Source of the DNA: Bacteroidota bacterium | Lineage (GTDB): Bacteria; Bacteroidota; Bacteroidia; Flavobacteriales; Weeksellaceae | DNA length: 64,000 nt | NCBI GenBank assembly: GCA_023419095.1 | Contig: JAEZYN010000030.1 | Coordinates: forward strand, 3,309-67,308 | Reading direction: 5' to 3' | Shown here: positions 45,526 to 56,000 of the stretch, piece by piece | How positions within the stretch are numbered: position 1 is the first letter of the stretch | Layout of the letters: every line of letters begins with the position of its first letter | Program-made: the position numbers and the translations under genes | The notes under the pieces: generated by a model | Told to the model about the DNA's origin: nothing | The model's input: only the letters and a program-made list of their open reading frames with translations | Database searches by the model: none

Positions 45526-46776
45526 ATGAAAGGTCAAAACAAGCTTTTTATCGCCATCGTAGTTGCACTCATTTTAGGAGTGATAATGGGTGGCGTGGTA
45601 CACACCCAGTTCCCCGAAAATTCCGAAGGGTTTTCCAATAACATCAAACTGTTGGGAACTATATTCATCCGACTTGTACAGATGATCATTGCGCCGCTTG
45701 TTTTCACCACCCTCGTTGTGGGAATTGCAAAAATGAGCGACATGCGCATGATTGGCCGCGTGGGAACCAAAGCCATGTTGTGGTTTATCACGGCATCTCT
45801 GGTATCGCTGGTGATCGGTTTGATATTTGTGAACTGGCTTGAGCCCGGCTATGTAATGCAGCTTGAGAAACCCGCTGCTGATGCAGCCGGTGAGGTGGTG
45901 GCGAACAGCCATGGACTTTCATTGGAACAGTTTGTAAAACATATAATTCCCAAAAGTTTATTTGAGGCCTTTGCTACCAATGAAGTACTTCAGATCGTAG
46001 TTTTTTCCATTATGTTTGGTATTGCCCTTGCAAATATGGGTGAAGATTACACCAAACCTATCGTGCGCGCACTTGATATTCTCGCTCACGCCATCCTGAA
46101 AATGGTAGGTTATATCATGTGGTTTGCGCCACTCGGTGTTTTGGGGGCCATTGCTGCTGTAGTAGCTACGAACGGGTTTGACATCTTTAAAGTGTACGCA
46201 ATCTATCTCCGTGACTTTTTCTTTGCGCTTGCCATTCTGTGGCTGGTTCTATGTATTGTGGGTTACATGATCCTTGGAAACAGGCTTTTTGAACTTTTAA
46301 GAAGAATAAAAGAACCTCTGCTTATCGCATTTTCCACTACCAGTTCAGAAGCAGTATTTCCGAAACTTGTGGAAGAACTCGAAAGATTTGGCTGCAACAA
46401 CAGGATAGTTTCCTTCATTCTGCCATTGGGTTATTCCTTCAATCTTGACGGAAGTATGATGTACATGACGTTTGCTGCCATCTTCATCGCGCAGATTTAC
46501 GGTATTGACATGACTCTCGGGCAGCAGATAATCATGCTGTTGGTATTGATGCTTACGTCTAAAGGAATTGCAGGCGTGCCGCGTGCAAGTCTCGTAATTA
46601 TTGTGGCTACATGTACGATGTTCGGTATTCCACCGGAAGGAATTGCGCTTATTCTTCCAATCGATCATTTCTGCGATATGGGTCGAAGTATGACCAATGT
46701 TTTGGGTAACGCGCTTGCAACTTCGGCGGTTTCAAAATGGGAAGGCCAACTCGATAACCACGGCGGTGACCTGTAA
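45526..46776 (+). CDS. dicarboxylate/amino acid:cation symporter (DAACS family)
   Basis: 416 aa, polytopic, with SSEAVFP and DHFCDMGRSMTNVLGN motifs typical of GltP/DctA-type carriers. Confidence 0.85.
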   Translation: MKGQNKLFIAIVVALILGVIMGGVVHTQFPENSEGFSNNIKLLGTIFIRLVQMIIAPLVFTTLVVGIAKMSDMRMIGRVGTKAMLWFITASLVSLVIGLIFVNWLEPGYVMQLEKPAADAAGEVVANSHGLSLEQFVKHIIPKSLFEAFATNEVLQIVVFSIMFGIALANMGEDYTKPIVRALDILAHAILKMVGYIMWFAPLGVLGAIAAVVATNGFDIFKVYAIYLRDFFFALAILWLVLCIVGYMILGNRLFELLRRIKEPLLIAFSTTSSEAVFPKLVEELERFGCNNRIVSFILPLGYSFNLDGSMMYMTFAAIFIAQIYGIDMTLGQQIIMLLVLMLTSKGIAGVPRASLVIIVATCTMFGIPPEGIALILPIDHFCDMGRSMTNVLGNALATSAVSKWEGQLDNHGGDL

Positions 46777-46804
46777 TTAATTTTTAATTTAAATAGAAGC
46801 TGCG

Positions 46805-48103
46805 GTGAAAAACAGAGTGGGTACAGCGATAACATTAGGTTTTGCGCTGTTTGCAATGTTCTTTGGTGCCGGAAATCTTATTTTGCCGCCATTTATCGGT
46901 CTTCAATCGGGTGATGAATGGTTCGCGGCAGTTTCGGGATTTTTCACCACAGGTATTGTCTCTCCGTTTTTGGGTGTGCTCACTGTTGTACTGTTCGGCA
47001 CTTCGTTTACCGATCTTGGTAAAAAGGTAAATCCGGCGGTTGTGACCATCCTTGCGCTGCTGATTATGCTTTGCATTGGCCCGCTTGTCGCTATTCCACG
47101 CACCGCTGCCGCTACATTTGAAATTGGCATTCAGCCTGTTTTTGCAGGTTTTAATCCCATTATTTTTTCTGTACTGTTCTTTGCTGTTGTTTTCATGTTG
47201 TCCGTCTCGCAGTCAAAAATTGTAGATATCATTGGCAATATCCTGACGCCGTTTCTTATAATAAGTTTAGGAGTAATGGTTGTCATAGGACTTCTGAATC
47301 CTTCCGCACTTGCTCAGGATACGGGAGTTAGCGCTCAACAATCTTACGTTTATGCATTTCATCAGGGATACCAGACCTTAGATGTCCTAGCATCCGTTAT
47401 TTTTGCGGGCATCATAATTTCAGCCGCTATTGATAAAGGATATACCAATGCCAACGATCGGTTTAAAATCACTGTTGTAGCCGGACTCATTTCTATGGTA
47501 GCGCTGCTTTTCATTTATGGCGGACTGATTTACCTTGGCGCACATGCCGGATTCGAAGCCTCGCAGGAAATTTCACGGGTTGATCTGCTTCTCCATATTT
47601 CCAGATCGGTGATGGGAAATAAGGGCACGATCGTGATTTCAGTTGCGGTAGCACTGGCCTGTCTCACCACCGCTATTGCACTTTCAGCCGCGATGGGAAG
47701 TTTTGTTGAAAAATTGACGAAAGGAAAAGTAAGTTATCGTACAGCCGTACTTCTTACCTGCCTCGTTTCCGGATATTTTTCGGTAAAGAGTGTAGATGAA
47801 ATCATTGAGTATGCCGTAGTAATTCTGAGTTTTGTGTACCCAATCACATTTGCACTTATACTGACACTCTTGTTTTTCGGCAAGATTGTATTTTCAAAAT
47901 CCCCTTATATCGCGGCAATTGCCACAGCAGGTGTTATCGCTTCGCTGACGGTTTTTAAGCATTTCGAGTTGTTTGCTGATCAGATTGATATTCTCAACAG
48001 CTGGTTGCCATTATCCGAGCATGAACTCGGTTGGCTTTTGCCCTCCTTCCTCGCCTTCTTCATCACGGCAGGCTTTAATCGCACTATGAAAAAATCCCGC
48101 TGA
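46805..48103 (+). CDS. brnQ: branched-chain amino acid transport system II carrier protein
   Basis: 432 aa (GTG start in the track). N-terminal GFALFAMFFGAGNLILPPFIG is the BrnQ/LIVCS hallmark. About 12 TM helices. Confidence 0.85.
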   Translation: MKNRVGTAITLGFALFAMFFGAGNLILPPFIGLQSGDEWFAAVSGFFTTGIVSPFLGVLTVVLFGTSFTDLGKKVNPAVVTILALLIMLCIGPLVAIPRTAAATFEIGIQPVFAGFNPIIFSVLFFAVVFMLSVSQSKIVDIIGNILTPFLIISLGVMVVIGLLNPSALAQDTGVSAQQSYVYAFHQGYQTLDVLASVIFAGIIISAAIDKGYTNANDRFKITVVAGLISMVALLFIYGGLIYLGAHAGFEASQEISRVDLLLHISRSVMGNKGTIVISVAVALACLTTAIALSAAMGSFVEKLTKGKVSYRTAVLLTCLVSGYFSVKSVDEIIEYAVVILSFVYPITFALILTLLFFGKIVFSKSPYIAAIATAGVIASLTVFKHFELFADQIDILNSWLPLSEHELGWLLPSFLAFFITAGFNRTMKKSR

Positions 48104-48200
48104 GATTCGCTTACTGACTGATGTCAAGTTAAGTTACTTTTATTGATTCTAAATTACAGATTAAATTGCGTAAATTTGCCATTCAATCAGAGTAAATATT

Positions 48201-49304
48201 ATGTTGACCAAAGATAAAATTCAGGCCTTTCTAAAAGAGATTGAAGTGGATGATTTAGTTCACAATTTCCAGGTGATGGGCAATGATGTGTATATTGACA
48301 TGACCGCCCACTCGCCGGCCATGCATGAAAAAAAGAAACTTGAAGCCGCAATGAAGCAGGCCTTTGCTTCCCAGTTTGGCGAAGACGTTGTGCTAAAGCT
48401 TAAAATAGCTTCTCCTGAGCCGTCAGAGATTCAGCAAAGTCAAATTAAAGGCAAGCAAATCCCGGGAATCCAGAATATCATCGCAGTGGCTTCCGGTAAA
48501 GGTGGCGTAGGTAAATCTACGGTTGCTGCTAACCTGGCGGTGACATTAGCAAAAATGGGTTTTAAAGTCGGTATTCTGGATGCTGATATTTATGGTCCTT
48601 CGGTACCTACAATGTTTGATACAGAAGGTGCAAAACCAATTTCTGTAGAAGTTGACGGCAAAAATTTAATGAAACCCATCGAAAATTACGGCGTGAAAAT
48701 GCTGTCGATCGGTTATTTTTCCGGTGCAAACCAGGCGGTTGTCTGGCGCGGACCGATGGCCAGCAAAGCTTTAAACCAAATGATTCGCGATGCAGCGTGG
48801 GGAGAACTCGATTTTCTTTTGATCGATCTTCCGCCGGGAACCGGTGATATTCATTTGTCTATCATTCAGGAAGTTCCGGTTACAGGTGCGGTGATTGTGA
48901 GCACGCCTCAGCATATTGCCTTAGCCGACGTACGGAAAGGTATCGCAATGTTCCAAATGGAAAGTATAAATATTCCGGTGCTCGGACTTATAGAAAATAT
49001 GTCGTATTTTACCCCAGAAGAACTACCGGAGAACAAATATTATATCTTTGGACAACAGGGAGCGCAGTACCTCGCCGAGGATTTGGGAATCCCGGTTTTA
49101 GGTGAGATCCCGATCGTACAGAGTATCCGCGAAGCAAGTGATGTAGGTCGTCCGGCATCATTGCAGGAAGGGACACTTATCGGTGATGTGTACAAAAAAG
49201 TTGCGCAGAATATGATAGAAAGCCTTGTGGAAAGGAATAAAAACCTGCCGGCCACAGAAGCAGTGAAAATCACTACCATGGCTGGCTGCTCTCCGAAGAA
49301 ATAA
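48201..49304 (+). CDS. apbC: Mrp/NBP35 family iron-sulfur cluster carrier ATPase
   Basis: 367 aa with an N-terminal MIP18/DUF59-like domain, the deviant Walker A VASGKGGVGKST and a C-terminal Cys region. Confidence 0.9.
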   Translation: MLTKDKIQAFLKEIEVDDLVHNFQVMGNDVYIDMTAHSPAMHEKKKLEAAMKQAFASQFGEDVVLKLKIASPEPSEIQQSQIKGKQIPGIQNIIAVASGKGGVGKSTVAANLAVTLAKMGFKVGILDADIYGPSVPTMFDTEGAKPISVEVDGKNLMKPIENYGVKMLSIGYFSGANQAVVWRGPMASKALNQMIRDAAWGELDFLLIDLPPGTGDIHLSIIQEVPVTGAVIVSTPQHIALADVRKGIAMFQMESINIPVLGLIENMSYFTPEELPENKYYIFGQQGAQYLAEDLGIPVLGEIPIVQSIREASDVGRPASLQEGTLIGDVYKKVAQNMIESLVERNKNLPATEAVKITTMAGCSPKK

Positions 49305-49353
49305 TAAAAAAAATGCGCAAAGCAACATTTTGCGCAGCAAAAATAGATTCTCT

Positions 49354-49587
49354 ATGCACGAACAAACTGTAAATAATGTGATGTACGCGCTCGAAAAAAT
49401 TCGGCCCTTCCTGAATAAGGACGGTGGCGATATAGAGCTTGTAGATGTGCGGGACAGCATAGTTTATGTAAAACTGCAAGGAAACTGCAATGGCTGCCCG
49501 ATGAGTTTTTCGACCATGAAACTGGGTGTAGAAAACACGATTAAGCAACACGCGCCTGAAATTCAGGAGGTTGTAAATGTGGAATAA
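49354..49587 (+). CDS. NifU-like (Nfu C-terminal domain) protein
   Basis: The ATG at 49354 gives MHEQTVNNV... The CxxC motif is GNCNGCPMS. ..IRPFLNKDGGDIELV.. is typical of the Nfu/NifU C-terminal domain. Confidence 0.8.
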   Translation: MHEQTVNNVMYALEKIRPFLNKDGGDIELVDVRDSIVYVKLQGNCNGCPMSFSTMKLGVENTIKQHAPEIQEVVNVE

Positions 49588-49615
49588 TTCAGTTCAGTAC
49601 AAACCTTACTCAAAA

Positions 49616-49645
49616 GCAATTCGTAATTTTGAATTGCTTTTTTTT
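49616..49645 (+). terminator. rho-independent terminator after the NifU-like gene
   Basis: GCAATTC-gtaatttt-GAATTGC followed by T8. Confidence 0.8.
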
Positions 49646-49748
49646 GATGCCGCAAGTTATTAGAAAAATTCAGCGGCTAAAAAACAGTATTAATCCAAGC
49701 GAATTCACGATTTAATTGATATTTTAGCGCACTAAATCTCACTACTAT

Positions 49749-50606
49749 ATGATTGCCATTATCGACGGCGGCTCTACCAAATGCGACTGGGTAATTCTGG
49801 AAAATTCAGGCAAACTCAGCCTAAGAACCACCACGCTTGGTTTTAATCCGAACATTATAAATCCCGATTTTATCCCGCAGGAAATCAACCGCAATCAGGA
49901 TTTGTTTTTTCTGAAAAATCATATCGAAAAAGTGTTTTTCTACGGTTCAGGTTGCGGCACGACGCACAACTGCAAGAAAGTGCACAAAGAGTTTTCAGAA
50001 ATTTTCCCAAATGCGGAGGTTTCAGTACGTGAAGATATGACGGCTGCGGCTTACGCGGCTTACAACGGCTCACCTGCCATTGTCTGTATTTTGGGTACGG
50101 GTTCGAATTCCTGCTATTTTGATGGTGAAAAAATACGTGTCGATTTGCCTTCGCTTGGTTTTTTAATAGGTGACGAGGGCAGTGGCAGTGCGCTCGGGAA
50201 GCAGCTGCTGCGGCGCTTTTTTATGAAAAAACTGCCGAAAGATCTCGAGGAAGATTTTGTGCAGACCTACAATCTCACCATCGAGGAAGCCATTCAGAAA
50301 ATGTATCACAACCCGAGGGCCAACGCGTATCTGGGTGAATTTAACCAGTTTATTGCGAACCGTAAAAAGCATCCGTATTTCCAGAATATGGTCTTTGACG
50401 AAATGAAGAATTTCCTTGATTATCAGGTGCTTCCATATCCTGAGGCACGTGAGGTGGAAGTGAATTTCATTGGATATATTGCTTTTATATATGAAGATAT
50501 TCTGCGTTCTGCAGCTGCTGAACTCAATTTGAGAATTGGAAATGTAGTGCAGAAGCCGATTGAAAGTCTTGTAAATTATCATAAAAAGTACATGCTGAAT
50601 CTGTAA
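49749..50606 (+). CDS. BadF/BadG/BcrA/BcrD-type ATPase (N-acetylglucosamine kinase-like)
   Basis: 285 aa with ASKHA-fold phosphate motifs IAIIDGGSTKCDW and ILGTGSNS. Confidence 0.7.
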   Translation: MIAIIDGGSTKCDWVILENSGKLSLRTTTLGFNPNIINPDFIPQEINRNQDLFFLKNHIEKVFFYGSGCGTTHNCKKVHKEFSEIFPNAEVSVREDMTAAAYAAYNGSPAIVCILGTGSNSCYFDGEKIRVDLPSLGFLIGDEGSGSALGKQLLRRFFMKKLPKDLEEDFVQTYNLTIEEAIQKMYHNPRANAYLGEFNQFIANRKKHPYFQNMVFDEMKNFLDYQVLPYPEAREVEVNFIGYIAFIYEDILRSAAAELNLRIGNVVQKPIESLVNYHKKYMLNL

Positions 50607-50682
50607 TATATTCAGCCTTAATTTAATCTGGCTCACGGGCCTCCGGCATTTTTTTAAAGCGCCGGAAATTTTTTAATTTATT

Positions 50683-52968
50683 ATGTCAAATCAAACCAAC
50701 CGCGATGAAAAAGCGTTCAATCAGGCAGCGCTTGATTATCATCGTCAGGAACCCAAAGGAAAAATTGAGGTCATTCCCTCGAAACCGCATTCTTCACAGC
50801 GCGATCTTTCGCTTGCATATTCGCCCGGCGTTGCGATTCCTTGTCTTGAAATAGAAAAAGACCCAAAATTAGCCTACGAATACACCGGAAAAGGCAATCT
50901 TGTAGCTGTGATTTCGAACGGAACGGCCGTTTTAGGCTTAGGCGACATCGGTGCTGAAGCTTCAAAACCAGTGATGGAAGGCAAAGGACTTTTATTTAAA
51001 ATCTTCGCGGACATCAATGTTTTTGATATTGAAATTGACGAGAAAGATCCTGATAAATTCATTGAGATCGTTAAAGGCATCGCGCCTACGTTTGGCGGAA
51101 TTAATCTTGAAGACATCAAAGCGCCCGAAGCCTTTTATATCGAACAGCGTCTTAAAGAAGAACTGAATATTCCGCTGATGCATGACGATCAGCATGGAAC
51201 CGCGATCATTTCTGCTGCAGCCCTGATCAATGCACTTGAAATCGCCGGCAAAAATATCGGCGAAGTGAAAATGGTGGTCAATGGTGCCGGCGCTGCTGCT
51301 ATAGCCTGCACAAAGCTGTACCTGGAGCTCGGCCTTAAGAAAGAAAATGTGCTAATGTGCGATTCTAAAGGCGTCATCAGTCATACCCGGGAAAATCTTA
51401 CACCTGAAAAAATAGATTTTGTCCGTCAAACCGATCTCAAAACGCTGGAAGAAGCCACCCGCGGTGCAGACGTTTTCATTGGACTCAGCAAAGGCAATGT
51501 TCTCACGCCAGAAATGTTGTTGTCAATGGCTGACAATCCTGTTGTATTCGGCCTGGCGAATCCGGACCCGGAGATTGAATATGATCTGGCAATGGCTACG
51601 CGTCCGGACACCATCATGGCGACGGGCCGCAGTGACTATCCTAATCAGGTAAACAACGTGCTCGGCTTCCCTTACATCTTCCGTGGTGCGCTCGATGTGC
51701 AGGCTACAGGCATCAATGAGGCGATGAAACTGGCGGCTGTACATGCAATCGCTCAGCTCGCAAAAGAGCCTGTGCCGGAAGCGGTGATTTTAACGTATAA
51801 CCTGAAGAGTCTGAATTTCGGACGTGAATATTTTATTCCAAAACCGTTTGATAACAGACTCATTACTAAAGTTTCAATGGCCGTTGCTAAAGCTGCGATG
51901 GAAAGCGGAATAGCCGGCAAACCGATCGAAAATTTTGACGATTACGAAACCGCTTTGCTCGACAGGATGGGCCGTGATGAGAAACTGATCCGAATGATGC
52001 AGAACCGTGCGAAAGCTAACCCAAAACGCGTGACACTCGGTAATGCAGAAGAATATAACGTACTGAAAGCCGCGCAGATTCTTTATGAAGAAGGAATTGC
52101 GCAGCCAATTCTCTTGGGCGAAAAGAAATACATTCAGGAACAGATGCAGAAGTTCGGAATCGAGCTTAATGTTCCGATTGTAGATCCGGCCGGCGACGAC
52201 CAGGAGGAAAAACGTAAGATTTACCGTGAAGACCTGTGGAAACTCCGTCAGCGTAAAGGCATGAACGAATACAAAGCGAAAAAATTTGTGCGTCAGCGCG
52301 ATTATTTCGGACCGCTGATGTTAAGAAATGGTGATACAGATGCGCTTATCGTTGGCTTTTCAAAAAATTATTCATCAACTTTAAGACCGATTCTTGAAAC
52401 AATTGGTAAAGAAAAAGGTGTCGATAAAGTGGCATCGATGATGATGATTTTAACTGAGAAAAAGCCTATTTTCTTTTCGGATACATCTATTATCCAAAAT
52501 CCAACTGCGGAAGACCTCGTGAATATCGCGAAAATGTCGGAAACCGTAGTAAAAAGTTTTGCGATCGAACCGCGCCTTGCCATGCTCTCGTTCGAAAATT
52601 TTGCCGCCATATCAGAAACAAGCAAAAAGGTAGCGAAAGCCGTCTCGATATTGCACGAAAAGCATCCTAACATGATCGTGGATGGCGAGATTCAGCCCGA
52701 CTTTGCAATGAGTGCGGACCATCTTTCAGATTATCCGTTCTCAAAACTTGGCACTACACCGGCGAATGTCTTCGTGTTCCCAAATCTCGAGAGCGCAAAC
52801 CTCTCATATAAGATTATCCGTGGTATGAAGGTAGCGCAGGTTGTAGGTCCAATATTGATGGGACTTAATCAGCCTGTTCACGTTCTGCAGATGCGCGCGA
52901 GTGTAGATGAAATTGTGAATTTAGCTACCATCGCAGTACTTGATGCGCAACAGCGCGAACAGTTATAA
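50683..52968 (+). CDS. maeB: NADP-dependent malic enzyme (malic enzyme plus C-terminal PTA-like domain)
   Basis: 761 aa with LSLAYSPGVA, GTAVLGLGDIG and NGAGAAAIA (Rossmann) motifs. The C-terminal ~330 aa form a phosphotransacetylase-like domain. Confidence 0.95.
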   Translation: MSNQTNRDEKAFNQAALDYHRQEPKGKIEVIPSKPHSSQRDLSLAYSPGVAIPCLEIEKDPKLAYEYTGKGNLVAVISNGTAVLGLGDIGAEASKPVMEGKGLLFKIFADINVFDIEIDEKDPDKFIEIVKGIAPTFGGINLEDIKAPEAFYIEQRLKEELNIPLMHDDQHGTAIISAAALINALEIAGKNIGEVKMVVNGAGAAAIACTKLYLELGLKKENVLMCDSKGVISHTRENLTPEKIDFVRQTDLKTLEEATRGADVFIGLSKGNVLTPEMLLSMADNPVVFGLANPDPEIEYDLAMATRPDTIMATGRSDYPNQVNNVLGFPYIFRGALDVQATGINEAMKLAAVHAIAQLAKEPVPEAVILTYNLKSLNFGREYFIPKPFDNRLITKVSMAVAKAAMESGIAGKPIENFDDYETALLDRMGRDEKLIRMMQNRAKANPKRVTLGNAEEYNVLKAAQILYEEGIAQPILLGEKKYIQEQMQKFGIELNVPIVDPAGDDQEEKRKIYREDLWKLRQRKGMNEYKAKKFVRQRDYFGPLMLRNGDTDALIVGFSKNYSSTLRPILETIGKEKGVDKVASMMMILTEKKPIFFSDTSIIQNPTAEDLVNIAKMSETVVKSFAIEPRLAMLSFENFAAISETSKKVAKAVSILHEKHPNMIVDGEIQPDFAMSADHLSDYPFSKLGTTPANVFVFPNLESANLSYKIIRGMKVAQVVGPILMGLNQPVHVLQMRASVDEIVNLATIAVLDAQQREQL

Positions 52969-52984
52969 TTTACATTAAATTATA

Positions 52985-53018
52985 AAAAAAAACTGCGAAC
53001 AGTGTTCGCAGTTTTTTT
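52985..53018. terminator. bidirectional rho-independent terminator shared by maeB (+) and the giant-gene operon (-)
   Basis: A8-CTGCGAAC-agt-GTTCGCAG-T7. Confidence 0.85.
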
Positions 53019-53070
53019 GTTTCGGTTCAGGAAAGATAGTTCTATCCAATTGTGCCACTTATTTTAAATT

Positions 53071-56000
53071 TTAGCAATTTTCACAGCAAACCTCTGTAAT
53101 GCTTGTCAGTTTGCTGGAACGGTAGATTCTGTGCTGGCCGAGGAGATCTGTGAGCGGATTAAGCTGGCTTCGGTTTGCCAGATATTCTTCAACGTACGTA
53201 GCTTCTGATCCGCGTTTGGGATTTTTTTCAAGTTGCCATTTGTTGTCCATCGGAAAAACCTCGACGGCTATCGCGCTGATGCTGTTGCTTCGCGGTAAAC
53301 CCAGTGCTTCCAGCCTATCACCGATTTCCTGCACCAAAATTTTGGCTGTGCCAAGTCTGTGGCCGTTTTCTTTACTATATGCACCATCATTTTGCTTTGA
53401 TTTTTTGGGACGGTAAGGCATTGGGCCTGAATCAATCAAAATATTACGGAAAGACTCGCCATCAGCCTGCATCACCTGGGTATAAAGTGAATACCACAAT
53501 GAAGTATTGGGCGGAAATGCAGTAACATTTTTACCGTTTAGCACAGCGCTCGCGTGTGCTGCCGACAACTCCACATATTTATTTTTACCTAATGGTGAGC
53601 TCACTTCACTACGAACTGCATGGCAAACAAGCTCAGGCGCAGGGTGTTGAACGCCGTTTACTTTTAGAGGCCTGCCATAGCGGGCCTGTGCGGTAGACCA
53701 AACTTCTTTGCGGTGACCTACACGTATTTCATAGGTAAAAAATCCAAAAAGTTCGTCACTGGCGGCGTGAAGACCTGGTGGCAGCGGCAGAAGATATCGT
53801 ATGGCGTTCTCCTGTTCTTCGGGAATCAGCTCCTGCATAACGCCTATACCGGCTAAATCATCATGCATATCAGGGATAATCTCCCGGATTTTTTCTTCAT
53901 TTATATTGAAATGCTGATCTTCAGAAATATTCAAAAGTAAATCGCGGTCAATCCGGCAGAGATACGGGTCAGGTGAATAGGCGAGTATCCGTCCGAAGTA
54001 CGTCGTACGCGGGTTTTCCGGAGCTTCATCAAATTCAAACCACAGATATTTTTGTCTTTCTTCGGAATAACGGTAATTTTCGGTGTCGTGCTGATACGGA
54101 GTCAGCGCCACACCAGCGGAAACAAGTTTCGGAATCTGATGAGGAATAACCGTAACAGGAAGTTCTATTTTTAGCGTTTCCATTTTATCTGAGACTGTTG
54201 CACTATTTTTAAAATTGAGTTCCAGATTATATTCTGCCATCAGAACACGTGGAAATTTTTTCTGAAATTTCTTCGGATCTACAGAATCGAGAAACATGAT
54301 ACGGCTTTGGGTTCTGTCCGCATCCCGCAACATCTGCATGTTAGCAGCATCTTTCAGTTGTATGCTGCCAATTTCAATGAATTCGCTGTCAAAACCATGT
54401 ACTTTGCGCTTTACTATGATGCTGTCTGGTTCAAGTCCCTGCCAGGCCCAGTCACGCAGCAGACTGAAATCTACTGCGACAATCCACCGGTTGAACAGTT
54501 CATTCACCGAAGATAAAGTTACTGAGCCGCTTTCGGGCGCCAAAGAATGCCGGATTTCATTGCTCACGCCAAACTGCACGCGGTTTCCGGGGTGACCTTC
54601 GATCGTGAGGTTATGGGAATGTAAGTCTAAAGCCTCGGCCAGTCTTTTGAGTTCAACCGCTGTGGAATTAATGACAGTTTTCGTGCTCGCGAGTTTTATT
54701 TTATTAATGTCTCCTATTTGAGGCTTATTTTCGGGTTGCAGGTAGAAGGCGCGCAGCCCACCTTTGATTGGCGAGAGAAGTTCGGGCTCGTTTTCTGCAG
54801 TCTTGTAAGCTTTTAAGCTTAAAGGAACTCCTGTAGCCACGAATTTTGCTGCATAGTCATCATCAGCAAAATCTAGAATTGGAATGAAGGTAAGCCTCAA
54901 CTCGCGGGAAGTAGGTAATACAAGTTCATCAGCAGCCTCGTCACCGGTATAGTTATTTAGTAAATCCAGCTGGGTAAAATCTTTATAAATAATTTTTATA
55001 TGTGCCGCCAGATCATAGTTCTCCGCTGCCAGGTTTTTAGGTAGCGGCATTGTTTTTTCCTGCCATAAAATGTAAGCTTCACGTCCGTTTTCTGACAGTA
55101 CGTTATCCATTTCCAGCGATTTCACTTCCACCAGAATTTTAAAACTGTTCACGTCAGGATCGGGCAGGCCAATGGTCTGCTGAGACCTTTCAGAGGGGTT
55201 TGAAGGAATAGAAATCCCATTTATTCTGTCTTTCAGCAGTTGTGCAGCATCAGTATATTTCCCGGTATAGGCCACGCTGGGATAGCTGAGGTCTGGCCTT
55301 TTAATTCTCAACACGTTGTCTTCGCCTAAAATATTTTCTAAGATGCTTGTATCGCGTACTAAGGCAGATGTCTGCATTCTGTGGAAATCATTAATATTTA
55401 AAATTTTTAATGCGCCAGCTTTGATATTCCTGCGAAAATGCGTTTCTGCAACAGGTTTTTGACCGCCGTTAAGGGGTTCACTTTTGATTTCTGGTGACCC
55501 GCCGGAGATGTCCATCAGTCTGATACGGATTTCATAGTCATGTCCGTACCGCAACGGAACGATATGTTGAGGATCCTGATGAAACGGATGAAAGTTTTTC
55601 TTAGGCTGCAGATTTACGGCATTTGCACTTCCAAGCCCTGGCACTGCCACGCGTGGCTTTTCGAGGTGGTGAATTTCCTGGGCTTCACGGTCGGGTATCA
55701 CCATGCACTTGCCATTCCAGGCCGCAAAATACATTGGCAACCAAAATCCTTCTTCCATTGTGTTCCCGTGAGATGAAGGATGCACCTCCGTAGGAAGCTC
55801 AAAAGGTTTGTTTTGCTCAAACAGGATTTCGCCATTCTGCATTTTGATGTCCTGCGATGCCATCACTCTGTTTTGCGAAAACCATGTTGAATCGCCGAGT
55901 TTCCTGATGTCCACTTTATAGCCGAAAACGCCAAGTGGCGCATCAATGGGCAAATCTGTAAGTTCTTCCTTCTGACGCAACTGGCGATTTCCCCAGATTG

